From assembly GCA_947625625.1 (NCBI GenBank), contig CANQPC010000003.1:1278-65277 (forward strand): a stretch of 64,000 nucleotides of DNA, read 5' to 3'. Positions within the stretch are counted from its first letter, which is position 1, and every line of letters begins with the position of its first letter. The translations under genes were made by a program, and so were the position numbers. The notes under the pieces are model-generated. The model worked only from the letters and a program-made list of their open reading frames with translations, searched no databases and was not told the DNA's origin. Shown piece after piece: positions 10,235 through 18,520 of this stretch. The DNA is from an uncultured Bacilli bacterium (GTDB taxonomy: Bacteria; Bacillota_I; Bacilli_A; RF39; UBA660).

Positions 10235-10304
10235 CGTACATTTGTTTGTTTAAATTATAATTATAATTATTTTTAGTGTTGACCTGTTGATAGATTATTT
10301 TTTG

Positions 10305-10371
<67 letters not shown>

Positions 10372-10460
10372 TTTAATATTTTGATATGTATTTTTAATAG
10401 TACTGACTTTATTTTTAATATATGGTTTATTTGGGAAATAAATTTTATCTTATTTTAGTA

Positions 10461-10482
10461 AATTATTTCCCGGGAAATAATT
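10461..10482. promoter_or_regulatory. NBS-type palindrome 2
   Basis: Perfect AATTATTTCCCGGGAAATAATT. Confidence 0.75.
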
Positions 10483-10588
10483 TATATCTTAAAATATGTT
10501 TTTGAGGTATTTATTTAGAATAAGGCTATTCATAAATGGTATTTTAAATTAGATATAGTGGCAGTGTGTTTTTGCATTTGCGAATGAG

Positions 10589-10608
10589 ATTATTTCCCGG
10601 GAAATAAT
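10589..10608. promoter_or_regulatory. NBS-type palindrome 3
   Basis: Perfect ATTATTTCCCGGGAAATAAT. Confidence 0.75.
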
Positions 10609-10800
10609 TTGTACCTTAAAATATGTTTTTGAGTGTATTTTTTTATTACCCTGTTGATAAATTATTTTAATAATTATTATCGTGAATATATTTTAATTTT
10701 TTTCCTTTAAAGATGATAGGTATGTATTTTTTAATATTCTTAAGTTTATTTTAGAAAATATGCGATTTGTTTGGGAAATAAATTTTATGTATTTAGAGTA

Positions 10801-10822
10801 AATTATTTCCCGGGAAATAATT
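10801..10822. promoter_or_regulatory. NBS-type palindrome 4
   Basis: Perfect AATTATTTCCCGGGAAATAATT. Confidence 0.75.
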
Positions 10823-10926
10823 TATACCTCAAAATATATTTTTGACGGTATTTTTTGAATATTGCTACTTATAAATATTATTTTAAATTAAATATTTTGG
10901 TAGAGTATTTTTGTATTTGCGAATGG

Positions 10927-10948
10927 AATTATTTCCCGGGAAATAATT
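10927..10948. promoter_or_regulatory. NBS-type palindrome 5
   Basis: Perfect AATTATTTCCCGGGAAATAATT. Confidence 0.75.
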
Positions 10949-11139
10949 TGTACCTTAAAATATGTTTTTGAGTGTATTTTTTTATTACCCTGTTGATAAA
11001 TTATTTTAATAATTATTATCATGAATATATTTTAATATTTTTTCCTTTAAAGAGATGATATGTATTTTTAAATATTACTAACTTTATTTTAGAAAATGTG
11101 CGATTTGTTTGGGAAATAAATTTTATGTTATTTAAAGTA

Positions 11140-11161
11140 AATTATTTCCTGGGAAATAATT
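11140..11161. promoter_or_regulatory. NBS-type palindrome 6 (one C>T change)
   Basis: AATTATTTCCTGGGAAATAATT. Confidence 0.6.
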
Positions 11162-11195
11162 TACATACATTTGTTCGTTTTTAATATTTTACTTA

Positions 11196-11211
11196 TGTTT
11201 CACGTGGAACA
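11196..11211. promoter_or_regulatory. parS site 1
   Basis: TGTTTCACGTGGAACA fits TGTTNCACGTGAAACA-type parS. It sits inside the longer palindrome ACTTATGTTTCACGTGGAACATAAGT. Confidence 0.8.
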
Positions 11212-11321
11212 TAAGTATTTCATTTATAAAATGAATATTTAATAATTATTAATGACCTTACGATATTGTATTAATAGAAAAAATATTATTTAAATATAGT
11301 TTTTAAATAAATATTATTTGA

Positions 11322-11337
11322 TGTTTCACGTGAAACG
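11322..11337. promoter_or_regulatory. parS site 2 (one mismatch)
   Basis: TGTTTCACGTGAAACG. Confidence 0.65.
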
Positions 11338-11379
11338 TGATTAATTGATTTTAAATATTTATTTTTTTAGCATCATACA

Positions 11380-11461
11380 TTTAATAAAATATTATTTAAT
11401 GGAACAAGTCAGAAGTAGAAGCTAGCGTTTTAGCATTTTATTAATGTGTGTATCTTTTTTT
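11380..11461 (+). ncRNA. Diverged SRP-RNA-like paralogue (possible pseudogene or novel small RNA)
   Basis: Aligns with the SRP RNA at 11631-11710. It keeps the 3' arm, the T-run terminator and a TTGATT-17-TAGCAT promoter-like spacing. The apical part reads UCAGA-AGU-AGAA-GCU-AGCGU instead of UCAGG-GGC-GGAA-GCC-AGCAG. Ends are approximate. Confidence 0.4.
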
Positions 11462-11462
11462 A

Positions 11463-11478
11463 TGTTCCACGTGGAACA
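11463..11478. promoter_or_regulatory. parS site 3
   Basis: TGTTCCACGTGGAACA, a perfect palindrome directly after the T-run of the SRP-like RNA copy 1. Confidence 0.8.
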
Positions 11479-11556
11479 GTGATATCGTTTAATTATTAAT
11501 ATTAAGTATAGTATTGGTTTTATTATTATATAGATTTTATGATTTTACTTGTTACA

Positions 11557-11572
11557 TGTTTCACGTGGAACA
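11557..11572. promoter_or_regulatory. parS site 4
   Basis: TGTTTCACGTGGAACA within CATGTTTCACGTGGAACATG. Confidence 0.8.
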
Positions 11573-11594
11573 TGATAGATTACTATTTTAAAAC

Positions 11595-11623
11595 TTGCTT
11601 TTTTTTATTCTTTTTAGTATTAT
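11595..11623 (+). promoter_or_regulatory. Sigma-A-type promoter for SRP RNA
   Basis: TTGCTT, 17 bp spacer, TATTAT. The predicted start is near 11630. Confidence 0.5.
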
Positions 11624-11630
11624 GTATTTG

Positions 11631-11710
11631 ATACAACATTAATTGATGGAACCAAGTCAGGGGCGGAAGCCAGCAGCTTTAACATTTTATTAATGTGTGT
11701 ATCTTTTTTT
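11631..11710 (+). ncRNA. ffs: Small (about 80 nt) signal recognition particle RNA
   Basis: Domain IV signature: helix AAG/CUU, symmetric-loop halves UCAGG and AGCAG, helix GGC/GCC capped by a GGAA tetraloop. Closing helix ACAUUAAU/AUUAAUGU, then a T7 run. No Alu-domain sequence is visible upstream. Ends are approximate. Confidence 0.75.
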
Positions 11711-11711
11711 A

Positions 11712-11727
11712 TGTTCCACGTGAAACA
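11712..11727. promoter_or_regulatory. parS site 5
   Basis: TGTTCCACGTGAAACA, directly after the SRP RNA T-run. Confidence 0.85.
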
Positions 11728-11816
11728 TTGATAATGTTTAATTGTTAAAATTATTTTAATATTAAATCCAATATTGATTTTATTATTATATAAATTTTAT
11801 GATTTTACTTGTTACA

Positions 11817-11832
11817 TGTTTCACGTGAAACA
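11817..11832. promoter_or_regulatory. parS site 6
   Basis: TGTTTCACGTGAAACA within the perfect 20-bp palindrome CATGTTTCACGTGAAACATG. Confidence 0.85.
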
Positions 11833-11860
11833 TGTATGATTATTTTTTTGTTTAATGGTA

Positions 11861-11876
11861 AGTTTCACGTGGAACA
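11861..11876. promoter_or_regulatory. parS site 7 (one mismatch)
   Basis: AGTTTCACGTGGAACA. Confidence 0.65.
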
Positions 11877-11921
11877 TAATATTTTGTTGCTTTTTTGTTG
11901 ATATGTATGTTAATATTTCTA

Positions 11922-11937
11922 TGTTTCACGTGAAACA
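11922..11937. promoter_or_regulatory. parS site 8
   Basis: TGTTTCACGTGAAACA, 18 bp upstream of the tadA start codon. Confidence 0.85.
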
Positions 11938-11955
11938 TTTGTGTGGTGATTTTTA

Positions 11956-12381
11956 ATGAATGATAAATATATGGATTTGGCTATTTTAGAGGCTAAGAAA
12001 GCTGAAAGAATAAATGAAATTCCTGTTGGCTGCATTATAGTAATGAATGATAATGTTATTGCTAGTGGTTATAATTGCAAGGAAAGTGAAAAAAATAGTA
12101 TTAGACATGCGGAAATTAATGCTATTGATGAAGCTTGTCGAAAACTTAATACTTGGAGATTGGATGATTGTGTTATGTATGTTACTTTAGAGCCTTGTAT
12201 GATGTGTATGGGAGCAATTGTGGAAAGTCGGATTAAAGTTGTTTATTATGGTACTAAAAATAATGTCGAACAAATGTATGATAATAGTAAAATTTGTAAA
12301 CGGGTAAACCTTATAAATACTGATAATTATGAATGCTCGAAGATACTTACTGATTTTTTTAGAAAAAGAAGAAAAAAGTGA
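11956..12381 (+). CDS. tadA: tRNA-specific adenosine deaminase
   Basis: CDA-fold zinc motifs HAEINAI and LEPCMMCMGAI. 141 aa, upstream of dnaX as in Bacillus. Confidence 0.9.
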   Translation: MNDKYMDLAILEAKKAERINEIPVGCIIVMNDNVIASGYNCKESEKNSIRHAEINAIDEACRKLNTWRLDDCVMYVTLEPCMMCMGAIVESRIKVVYYGTKNNVEQMYDNSKICKRVNLINTDNYECSKILTDFFRKRRKK

Positions 12382-12430
12382 TTTTTTTCTTTCTTTTTTA
12401 TGTTATAATATTTTTTGATGGAGGTGTGGA

Positions 12431-14113
12431 ATGGCATATTTGGCTTTGTATCGAAAATATAGACCTTTTAGTTTTGATGATGTATATGGGCAAGAAGAGG
12501 TTGTGACTGTTATTAAAAATGCTATTGCTAATAATAAGATTTCACATGCTTATTTGTTTTGCGGACCTAGGGGTACTGGAAAGACGACTATTGCTAAAAT
12601 TATTGCTAGGCTTATTAATTGTGAAAATTTAATTGATGGTAATCCTTGTGGTAAGTGTTACAATTGTATTAATTTTAATAATAGCAATGATATTGTGGAA
12701 ATTGATGCTGCTTCAAATAATGGTGTTGATGAAATTAGAGAACTTAGGGATAAGGTTAATTTGGTACCTAGTAATGCTAAATATAAGGTTTATATTATTG
12801 ATGAAGTTCATATGTTGACTACACAAGCTTTTAATGCTTTGTTAAAAACTTTGGAAGAACCTCCAAGTCATGTTATTTTTATTTTGGCAACTACAGAGCC
12901 ACATAAAATACCATTAACAATTGCTTCGAGATGTCAGAAATTTCGTTTTTCAAAGATTGATGATGATAAGATTGTTGATAGAATAAAAGAAATTGCTAAA
13001 TGTGAAAATATTTCGGTTCAAGATGATGCTTTTTATGAAATTGCACGTGTTGCTGATGGTGGTATGAGGGATGCTATTAATATTTTGGATCAACTTACTG
13101 CTTATTCTAATGGTAATATTACTCTTGAAGATGTTAATAAAGTGGTAGGTTCAGTTTCTTATGATGATTTATCTTCTCTTATTAAGAATATTGCTTTTAA
13201 TGATAAAAATGGTATTATTCGTTTTGTTGATTATTTAGATAAATCAGGAAAAGAAATTGGCAAATTTATTCCTGAGTTAGTTATTTTTTTGAAAGATGTT
13301 ATTCTATATAAAAATACTGGTGATTTAAGTAATATTATGACTAAAAATGCCTCGATTAAAGTTGTAAGTGACCTTTTTGATGATGATAAATTGTATAAAT
13401 TTGTTGAAGTTTTAAATGATATTTTGAGTGTTATTAAAGTTTCATCACATGGTTCAATTGTTTTTATGACTTATATGCTTAGATTTTCTGATGAGTTTTT
13501 TTCTAATGAAAAAATGGTCGGTGAAGGCGACAAAATTATTTCCCGGGAAATAATCGGAGATGAAAGTGTAAAAAAAAGTAGTAAAATTAACAATAATGAT
13601 TCTAGTGATGATGAAATTATTTCCCGGGAAATAATTTTGGGAAATAATTTTATTGATGATGAGGCTGTTGATATTAGAATTAATAATGCTTTTGCTTCGG
13701 CTTCTAAGGAAATTAAAAATACTTTAATAGATAATTGGAAAAAACTTGATGATTATATATATGATGAAAGTTATTCTTTGATTTCTGGTCTTTTAAAAGA
13801 TGCTTCTGTTATGGTAGCCTCGTCTTCAAATGTTATTATAGCAAGTGAATCACAATCAGTTGTAAGTAGAATTAATGAAAATATTGATAATATTGAAAAT
13901 ATGCTTGATAAAGTTTTTAACTTGAAAGTTAAGGCTATTGCTATAAGTAATAATAGATGGCTCGAGGAAAAGGAAAAATACATTAAGAATGTTAAAAATG
14001 GTGTTAAGTATGTAATTAAAGAGGAAAAAAGAATAGAAAAGCAGGTTGAAGATAAAACTCCTGTTGATAAACTTATTGAACTTGTAGGAGATAATATGAT
14101 AGAATATAAATAA
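12431..14113 (+). CDS. dnaX: DNA polymerase III subunit tau/gamma
   Basis: GPRGTGKTT Walker A, a zinc module (CGKCYNC), IIDEVHML and SRCQKF. The variable C-terminal half contains two in-frame NBS palindromes. Confidence 0.95.
   Translation: MAYLALYRKYRPFSFDDVYGQEEVVTVIKNAIANNKISHAYLFCGPRGTGKTTIAKIIARLINCENLIDGNPCGKCYNCINFNNSNDIVEIDAASNNGVDEIRELRDKVNLVPSNAKYKVYIIDEVHMLTTQAFNALLKTLEEPPSHVIFILATTEPHKIPLTIASRCQKFRFSKIDDDKIVDRIKEIAKCENISVQDDAFYEIARVADGGMRDAINILDQLTAYSNGNITLEDVNKVVGSVSYDDLSSLIKNIAFNDKNGIIRFVDYLDKSGKEIGKFIPELVIFLKDVILYKNTGDLSNIMTKNASIKVVSDLFDDDKLYKFVEVLNDILSVIKVSSHGSIVFMTYMLRFSDEFFSNEKMVGEGDKIISREIIGDESVKKSSKINNNDSSDDEIISREIILGNNFIDDEAVDIRINNAFASASKEIKNTLIDNWKKLDDYIYDESYSLISGLLKDASVMVASSSNVIIASESQSVVSRINENIDNIENMLDKVFNLKVKAIAISNNRWLEEKEKYIKNVKNGVKYVIKEEKRIEKQVEDKTPVDKLIELVGDNMIEYK
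13534..13554. promoter_or_regulatory. NBS-type palindrome inside dnaX (copy A)
   Basis: AATTATTTCCCGGGAAATAAT contains the exact 16-mer and is translated as KIISREII. Confidence 0.7.
13615..13636. promoter_or_regulatory. NBS-type palindrome inside dnaX (copy B)
   Basis: Perfect AATTATTTCCCGGGAAATAATT, translated as EIISREII. An extra half-site GGGAAATAATTTT follows. Confidence 0.7.
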
Positions 14114-14130
14114 AAGGAGATTGATATGTT

Positions 14131-14427
14131 ATGAATATGCAAAATTTAATGATGCAGGCTAAAAAAATGCAGAAAGATATTGAAAAAACGCAAAGTGAAT
14201 TGGAGGAACAGGTATACGAGGGGAAATCACAACTTGTCACTGCTGTTATGAGTGGAAAGAATAAACTTGAATCTATTAAGATTAATGAAAGTGATTTGTC
14301 ATTAGATGATTTGGAAATGCTCGAAGATATGATTCTTCTTGCAGTGAATGATGCTATTAATAAGATGGAAAATGATAAACAGCAAAAACTTGGTAAGTAT
14401 AGTCAATTTTTAAATGGTTTGATGTAG
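14131..14427 (+). CDS. ybaB: YbaB/EbfC nucleoid-associated protein
   Basis: 98 aa between dnaX and recR. N-terminus MMQAKKMQKDIEKTQ is typical of the family. Confidence 0.9.
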   Translation: MNMQNLMMQAKKMQKDIEKTQSELEEQVYEGKSQLVTAVMSGKNKLESIKINESDLSLDDLEMLEDMILLAVNDAINKMENDKQQKLGKYSQFLNGLM

Positions 14428-14428
14428 T

Positions 14429-15022
14429 ATGTATCCAGAGTGTTTGAAGAAGATTATTGATTCTTTTAAAGATTTACCAGGAATTGGAGAAAAGACAGCC
14501 GAAAGGCTTGCTTTTTCACTTATTAATTTTAATAAGGAAAAATTGACAAATTTTTCAACAGCAATTGTTGATGTTCGCGATAAAATTAGACCATGTTCTA
14601 TTTGCGGAAATATTACGGACAATGATATTTGTCCGATTTGTGCTGATGAAAGTCGTAATGGAAAGATTGTCTTTGTTGTAGAAAAAGCTAAAGATATTTC
14701 TCTCTTTGAAAAAATTAATGTTTATAATTCTAAGTATCATGTACTTGGTGGTCTTATTTCACCTCTAGAGGGTATTGGACCTGATGATATTAATATTAAT
14801 AAATTACTTGAAAGAATTGATAAGGAAAATATTGAAGAACTTATATTGGCATTAAAACCTTCGATTGAGGGGGAAACGACGATGCAATATATTAAGAAAG
14901 TATTAGAAAATAGGAATGTTAAGGTTACTAGAATAGCGACTGGTATTCCTATGGGAACAGATATTGAATATATTGACTCAATGACACTTGAATTTGCTCT
15001 TGAAGGTAGGAAAGACATATAA
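14429..15022 (+). CDS. recR: Recombination protein RecR
   Basis: HhH motif LPGIGEKTAERLAF, a C4 zinc finger (CSICGN..CPIC) and a Toprim domain. Confidence 0.95.
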   Translation: MYPECLKKIIDSFKDLPGIGEKTAERLAFSLINFNKEKLTNFSTAIVDVRDKIRPCSICGNITDNDICPICADESRNGKIVFVVEKAKDISLFEKINVYNSKYHVLGGLISPLEGIGPDDININKLLERIDKENIEELILALKPSIEGETTMQYIKKVLENRNVKVTRIATGIPMGTDIEYIDSMTLEFALEGRKDI

Positions 15023-15058
15023 ATTTTTGTTTGACATATATATTTACTGGGTGAAATT

Positions 15059-15247
15059 ATGTTAAATAAAATAATGATTGTCGTAAAAAAGATTATACTT
15101 GGTTTTCTATTTATTTATGCTTTTAATTCTCTTATGTTTTCTCTAGATGTTAATATTCCTATTAATTTTTTGACTGTTTCTTTTGTATCAGTTTTTGGAA
15201 TGCCAGCACTTATTTGTCTATCTCTATTTTCACTGTTTATTTTTTAA
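15059..15247 (+). CDS. bofA: BofA-family pro-sigma-K processing inhibitor (small membrane protein)
   Basis: VNIPINFLTVSFVSVFGMPALICL resembles the BofA core HIPINLVTA..GILGIPG. It lies downstream of recR, as in B. subtilis. Confidence 0.65.
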   Translation: MLNKIMIVVKKIILGFLFIYAFNSLMFSLDVNIPINFLTVSFVSVFGMPALICLSLFSLFIF

Positions 15248-15260
15248 TGAGGTGATGTTT

Positions 15261-16196
15261 ATGTTAAGCAAATATGAAAGTGGACAACCTTTATTTTACA
15301 ATGTATTTATGAATGCTATTTTAAATGATAAATTATCACATGCTTATTTAGTGGACTCTAATGGTAATAGTGAAGTATTTGAAATTGTGATGTCATTTGT
15401 TAAAGAAATTATTTGTCACGATAATGGTAATGTCAATTTGGAGAATATTTGTCAGAGGATTGATGATGGTAATTATTTGGATGTTAAAGTTATTGATTCT
15501 GATGGTATGTGGATTAAAAAAGAACAGATGCTTTCTTTACAAAATGAATTTAGTATGCGACCTATTGAAGGTAAGAGAAAAATTTATGTTATAAAATCTG
15601 CTGAAAAAATGAATGTGCAGACTGCTAATTCGATACTTAAATTTTTGGAAGAGCCTGTCGATAATATTATTGCTATTTTAATTGTTGATAATATTAATTT
15701 AATTCTTCCAACTATTATATCGAGATGTCAAGTTGTTAAACTTAATAAGAGTGAATATAAAAATAATTCTGTCGATAACTTTTCAATGATTGTTAAAAAT
15801 TCTAAGTATGATACTTTGACGGTTCAGGAAAAAGAAAGTTTTATTGAAAAGGTTATTAGCTTTATTAGAGAATTTGAGGAAAAGAAAATTGATACTTTAA
15901 TATATACAAAGAAGTTATGGCATAATAATTTTGGAGACCGTGATATTAATGTTGTAGCGGCCGATTTAATTATTTATTTTTATTTGGATGTTATTAAATA
16001 TAAGTCTTGTTTAGATGTGGATTTTTATAAGGACAAGCTTGATATAATTGAAGAGATTGCTTCTAAAAACGATATTGATGATTTAGCGAAAAAACTTGAA
16101 TATTTAGATAATTTTAGAACATCTGTTCGTTATAATTTGAATATTAATTTACTTGTTGATAAATTGATTATAGATATGTGTGGTGATTATAAATGA
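15261..16196 (+). CDS. holB: DNA polymerase III delta' subunit
   Basis: KLSHAYL, LKFLEEP and SRCQVV motifs. The start was moved to the ATG at 15261 (RBS GAGGTGA), so it no longer overlaps bofA. Confidence 0.85.
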   Translation: MLSKYESGQPLFYNVFMNAILNDKLSHAYLVDSNGNSEVFEIVMSFVKEIICHDNGNVNLENICQRIDDGNYLDVKVIDSDGMWIKKEQMLSLQNEFSMRPIEGKRKIYVIKSAEKMNVQTANSILKFLEEPVDNIIAILIVDNINLILPTIISRCQVVKLNKSEYKNNSVDNFSMIVKNSKYDTLTVQEKESFIEKVISFIREFEEKKIDTLIYTKKLWHNNFGDRDINVVAADLIIYFYLDVIKYKSCLDVDFYKDKLDIIEEIASKNDIDDLAKKLEYLDNFRTSVRYNLNINLLVDKLIIDMCGDYK

Positions 16197-16969
16197 GTAT
16201 TGTCGGTGTTAAAATTAATGAGAAAGGGAAAGTTTCTTATTTTAATGGAAATAATTTACCGATTAAAAAGAATTTAACAGTTATTGTCGATACGGAAAGA
16301 GGACCTCAGTTTGCAAAGGTTATGGAAATTTTGGATGTACCTGATAATCCGAAATATACTGATGTGATAAGAATAGCTACTAAAAAGGATTATTTGCAAT
16401 ATATGAAAAATATTAATGATGCGGAAAAGGCTTTAGATAATGCCCGCAAGTTAGCTATTAAAGAGGAATTAAATATGAATATTATTGATGCTGTTTATAG
16501 TTTTGATCGAAGTCAATTGATATTTAGATTTTTGGCGGATGAACGTGTCGATTTTAGACAACTTGCTCGAGAACTTGGGTCGAAACTTAGAACGAGGATT
16601 GAACTTCGACAAATTGGAATTAGAGATAAGGCTAAAGAGGTAGGAGGAATTGGACCTTGTGGAAGATTTTTGTGTTGTTCTACTTTTCTTACTACTTTTG
16701 ATGCGGTATCGATTAATATGGCTAAAAATCAGGGACTTGCTCTTAATCCTACGAAAATTAATGGTGTGTGTGGTAGGCTTCTCTGCTGTTTAAATTATGA
16801 AAATGATATTTATACGGAGGCAAGAAAAGGAATTCCTGATGTTGGTAAAAAGGTTACAATAAATGGTGTAGAAGGAAAGGTTATTTCTTCTGAACCACTT
16901 CTTGGAAAATATAAGGTTCTTGCTGATAATGAAGTTGTCGAGGTCTTTAAAGATGATAGTAAAGAATAA
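16193..16969 (+). CDS. ricT: PSP1-domain protein RicT/YaaT
   Basis: PSP1 C-terminal domain with the cysteine cluster CGRFLCC..CGRLLCCLNYE. Conserved position after holB. Confidence 0.9.
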   Translation: MSIVGVKINEKGKVSYFNGNNLPIKKNLTVIVDTERGPQFAKVMEILDVPDNPKYTDVIRIATKKDYLQYMKNINDAEKALDNARKLAIKEELNMNIIDAVYSFDRSQLIFRFLADERVDFRQLARELGSKLRTRIELRQIGIRDKAKEVGGIGPCGRFLCCSTFLTTFDAVSINMAKNQGLALNPTKINGVCGRLLCCLNYENDIYTEARKGIPDVGKKVTINGVEGKVISSEPLLGKYKVLADNEVVEVFKDDSKE

Positions 16970-17675
16970 TTTACTTAATTTTAAAAATAAATATATATAT
17001 CAAGATACGGATTATTTTAAGATGTCAATAGATTCTGTTCTTCTTGCTAATTTTGTTAATATTAACTTACGTGATAAGAGAATAATGGATATTGCTACTG
17101 GTAATGCTCCGATTCCAATGCTTCTTTCTTTTAGAACTAAGGCTACAATATATGGCGTCGAATTGCAAAAAGAAGTGTATGATTTGGGAATTTCTTCATT
17201 AAAAGTTAATGGATTAGATAAGCAAATTAGATTAATTAATGATGATGCTAAAAATTTGGTAAATATTTTTGATTCTGATTATTTTGATGTTGTTACTTGT
17301 AATCCACCTTATTTTAATACTAATAATGTTATTTTTGAAAATGATAATGATATTAAAGCACTAGCAAGACATGAAAAGACTCTTAATTTAGATGATATTT
17401 TCTCGATATGTAAAAAGATTCTTAAAAATAATGGGCGTTTGGCAATGGTTCATAGAAATGAAAGGCTTATGGAGATTATGATAAAGATGAAGGAATACAA
17501 TATTGAGCCGAAAAGAATCCGATTTGTTTATCCTAAAATGAATAAGAATTGTAGTATTATTTTAATTGAGGGGGTAAAAAATGGTAAACCGGGACTTACG
17601 GTATTACCACCTTTGTTTGTTTATGATAATTCTGGAAAGTATTCGAAAGAAATTATGGATATGTATGGAGAGTGA
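16953..17675 (+). CDS. SAM-dependent methyltransferase, tRNA (adenine-N6) YabB/TrmN6-like
   Basis: DIATGNAPI SAM motif and the NPPY catalytic motif (CNPPYF). The internal ATG at 16953 is preferred over 16902. Confidence 0.8.
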   Translation: MIVKNNLLNFKNKYIYQDTDYFKMSIDSVLLANFVNINLRDKRIMDIATGNAPIPMLLSFRTKATIYGVELQKEVYDLGISSLKVNGLDKQIRLINDDAKNLVNIFDSDYFDVVTCNPPYFNTNNVIFENDNDIKALARHEKTLNLDDIFSICKKILKNNGRLAMVHRNERLMEIMIKMKEYNIEPKRIRFVYPKMNKNCSIILIEGVKNGKPGLTVLPPLFVYDNSGKYSKEIMDMYGE

Positions 17676-17680
17676 TAATA

Positions 17681-18517
17681 ATGAAACAGGAAAGCTATGA
17701 TGGTAAAGCAACTTTATATTTGGTTTCAACTCCGATAGGAAATATGGGAGATATTACTTATCGCTCGGTGGAGATATTAAAAAGTGTCGATATTATTTTT
17801 TCAGAAGATACGAGAGTCACTTTGAGTCTTCTTGAATATTTGGGTTTAAAAAAGAAACTTATTGCTTTACATGACCATAATGAAGATGTAGTTAAAGAAA
17901 AAGTTTTGAATTATCTTAAGGATGGAAAAGATATTGTTTTAGTTACTGATAGAGGAACTCCAATAATTAGTGATCCGGGTTTTAAAACAGTTCGTTATGT
18001 TATAGAAAATAATTTTAATGTTGTTGCTCTTCCTGGGGCTACAGCTTTTGTACCCGCTATAATAGTGTCGGGAATTAATCCGGAACCTTTTATTTTTTAT
18101 GGCTTTTTGAATAGTAAAGAGAATAAAAGAAAAGAGGAATTGGAACTTTTAAGTGATGAAAATAAGACGATGATTTTTTATGAAGCTCCGCACCGAATAA
18201 TTAACACTTTAAAATTGATGCTCGAAGTATTTGGAGATAGAAATATTAGTATTTCGAGGGAAATTACAAAAAAGTTTGAAAGTGTATATCGTGGGAAGAT
18301 AAGTGAAGTATTAGAAATTATTCCAGAAAAGGGAGAATTTGTGATTGTTGTCGAAGGAAATAATAGTAATAATTTTGATGATAGTTTGAGTATAAAGGAA
18401 GCTGTTAATCTTTATGTTTCGGCAGGTTTTGATGTTATGACTTCAATTAAGAAGGTTGCTAAAGATAGAGGTGTACCTAAAGGTGAAATTTATAAAGAGT
18501 ATCATAGGGAGGATTAG
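17681..18517 (+). CDS. rsmI: 16S rRNA (cytidine1402-2'-O)-methyltransferase
   Basis: Tetrapyrrole-methylase fold: LYLVSTPIGNMGDIT, EDTR and SDPG motifs. Confidence 0.9.
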   Translation: MKQESYDGKATLYLVSTPIGNMGDITYRSVEILKSVDIIFSEDTRVTLSLLEYLGLKKKLIALHDHNEDVVKEKVLNYLKDGKDIVLVTDRGTPIISDPGFKTVRYVIENNFNVVALPGATAFVPAIIVSGINPEPFIFYGFLNSKENKRKEELELLSDENKTMIFYEAPHRIINTLKLMLEVFGDRNISISREITKKFESVYRGKISEVLEIIPEKGEFVIVVEGNNSNNFDDSLSIKEAVNLYVSAGFDVMTSIKKVAKDRGVPKGEIYKEYHRED

Positions 18518-18520
18518 AAA

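Larger units (their letters stand above)
11371..11860. repeat. Tandem duplication of a ~249-bp unit (SRP-like RNA + two parS per unit)
   Basis: The unit from 11371 to about 11617 aligns with the unit from 11618 to about 11860. Long identical blocks include CATTTTATTAATGTGTGTATCTTTTTTTATGTTCCACGTG and TTTTATGATTTTACTTGTTACATGTTTCACGTG. Confidence 0.85.

Noticed and set aside
9885-10241. 118-aa minus-strand ORF overlapping the gyrA 3' end and the first NBS palindrome
   Set aside because: It is antisense to gyrA with low-complexity composition. Its N-terminus (YFPGNN) is simply the palindrome read in another phase.
11191-11938. LexA (Cheo box) or E-box regulator sites, because of GTTC..GAAC and CACGTG
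   Set aside because: The Firmicute LexA box is GAAC-N4-GTTC, which is the opposite half-site order. The full 16-mer matches parS exactly, which is a far more specific explanation.
13771-14142. 123-aa minus-strand ORF antisense to the dnaX 3' end. The same reasoning applies to the other antisense or alternate-frame track ORFs, for example 3383-3709, 8410-8613, 28202-28516, 31326-31562, 47483-47830 and 58855-59268.
   Set aside because: All are nested in strongly supported genes, lack RBS and have the S/L/I-rich composition typical of shadow ORFs in AT-rich genomes.
15183-15260. Track start of holB at 15183, overlapping bofA by 65 nt
   Set aside because: The N-terminal 26 residues are an out-of-frame read of the bofA C-terminus. 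A GAGGTGA RBS precedes ATG 15255/15261, and the conserved delta' sequence starts there.
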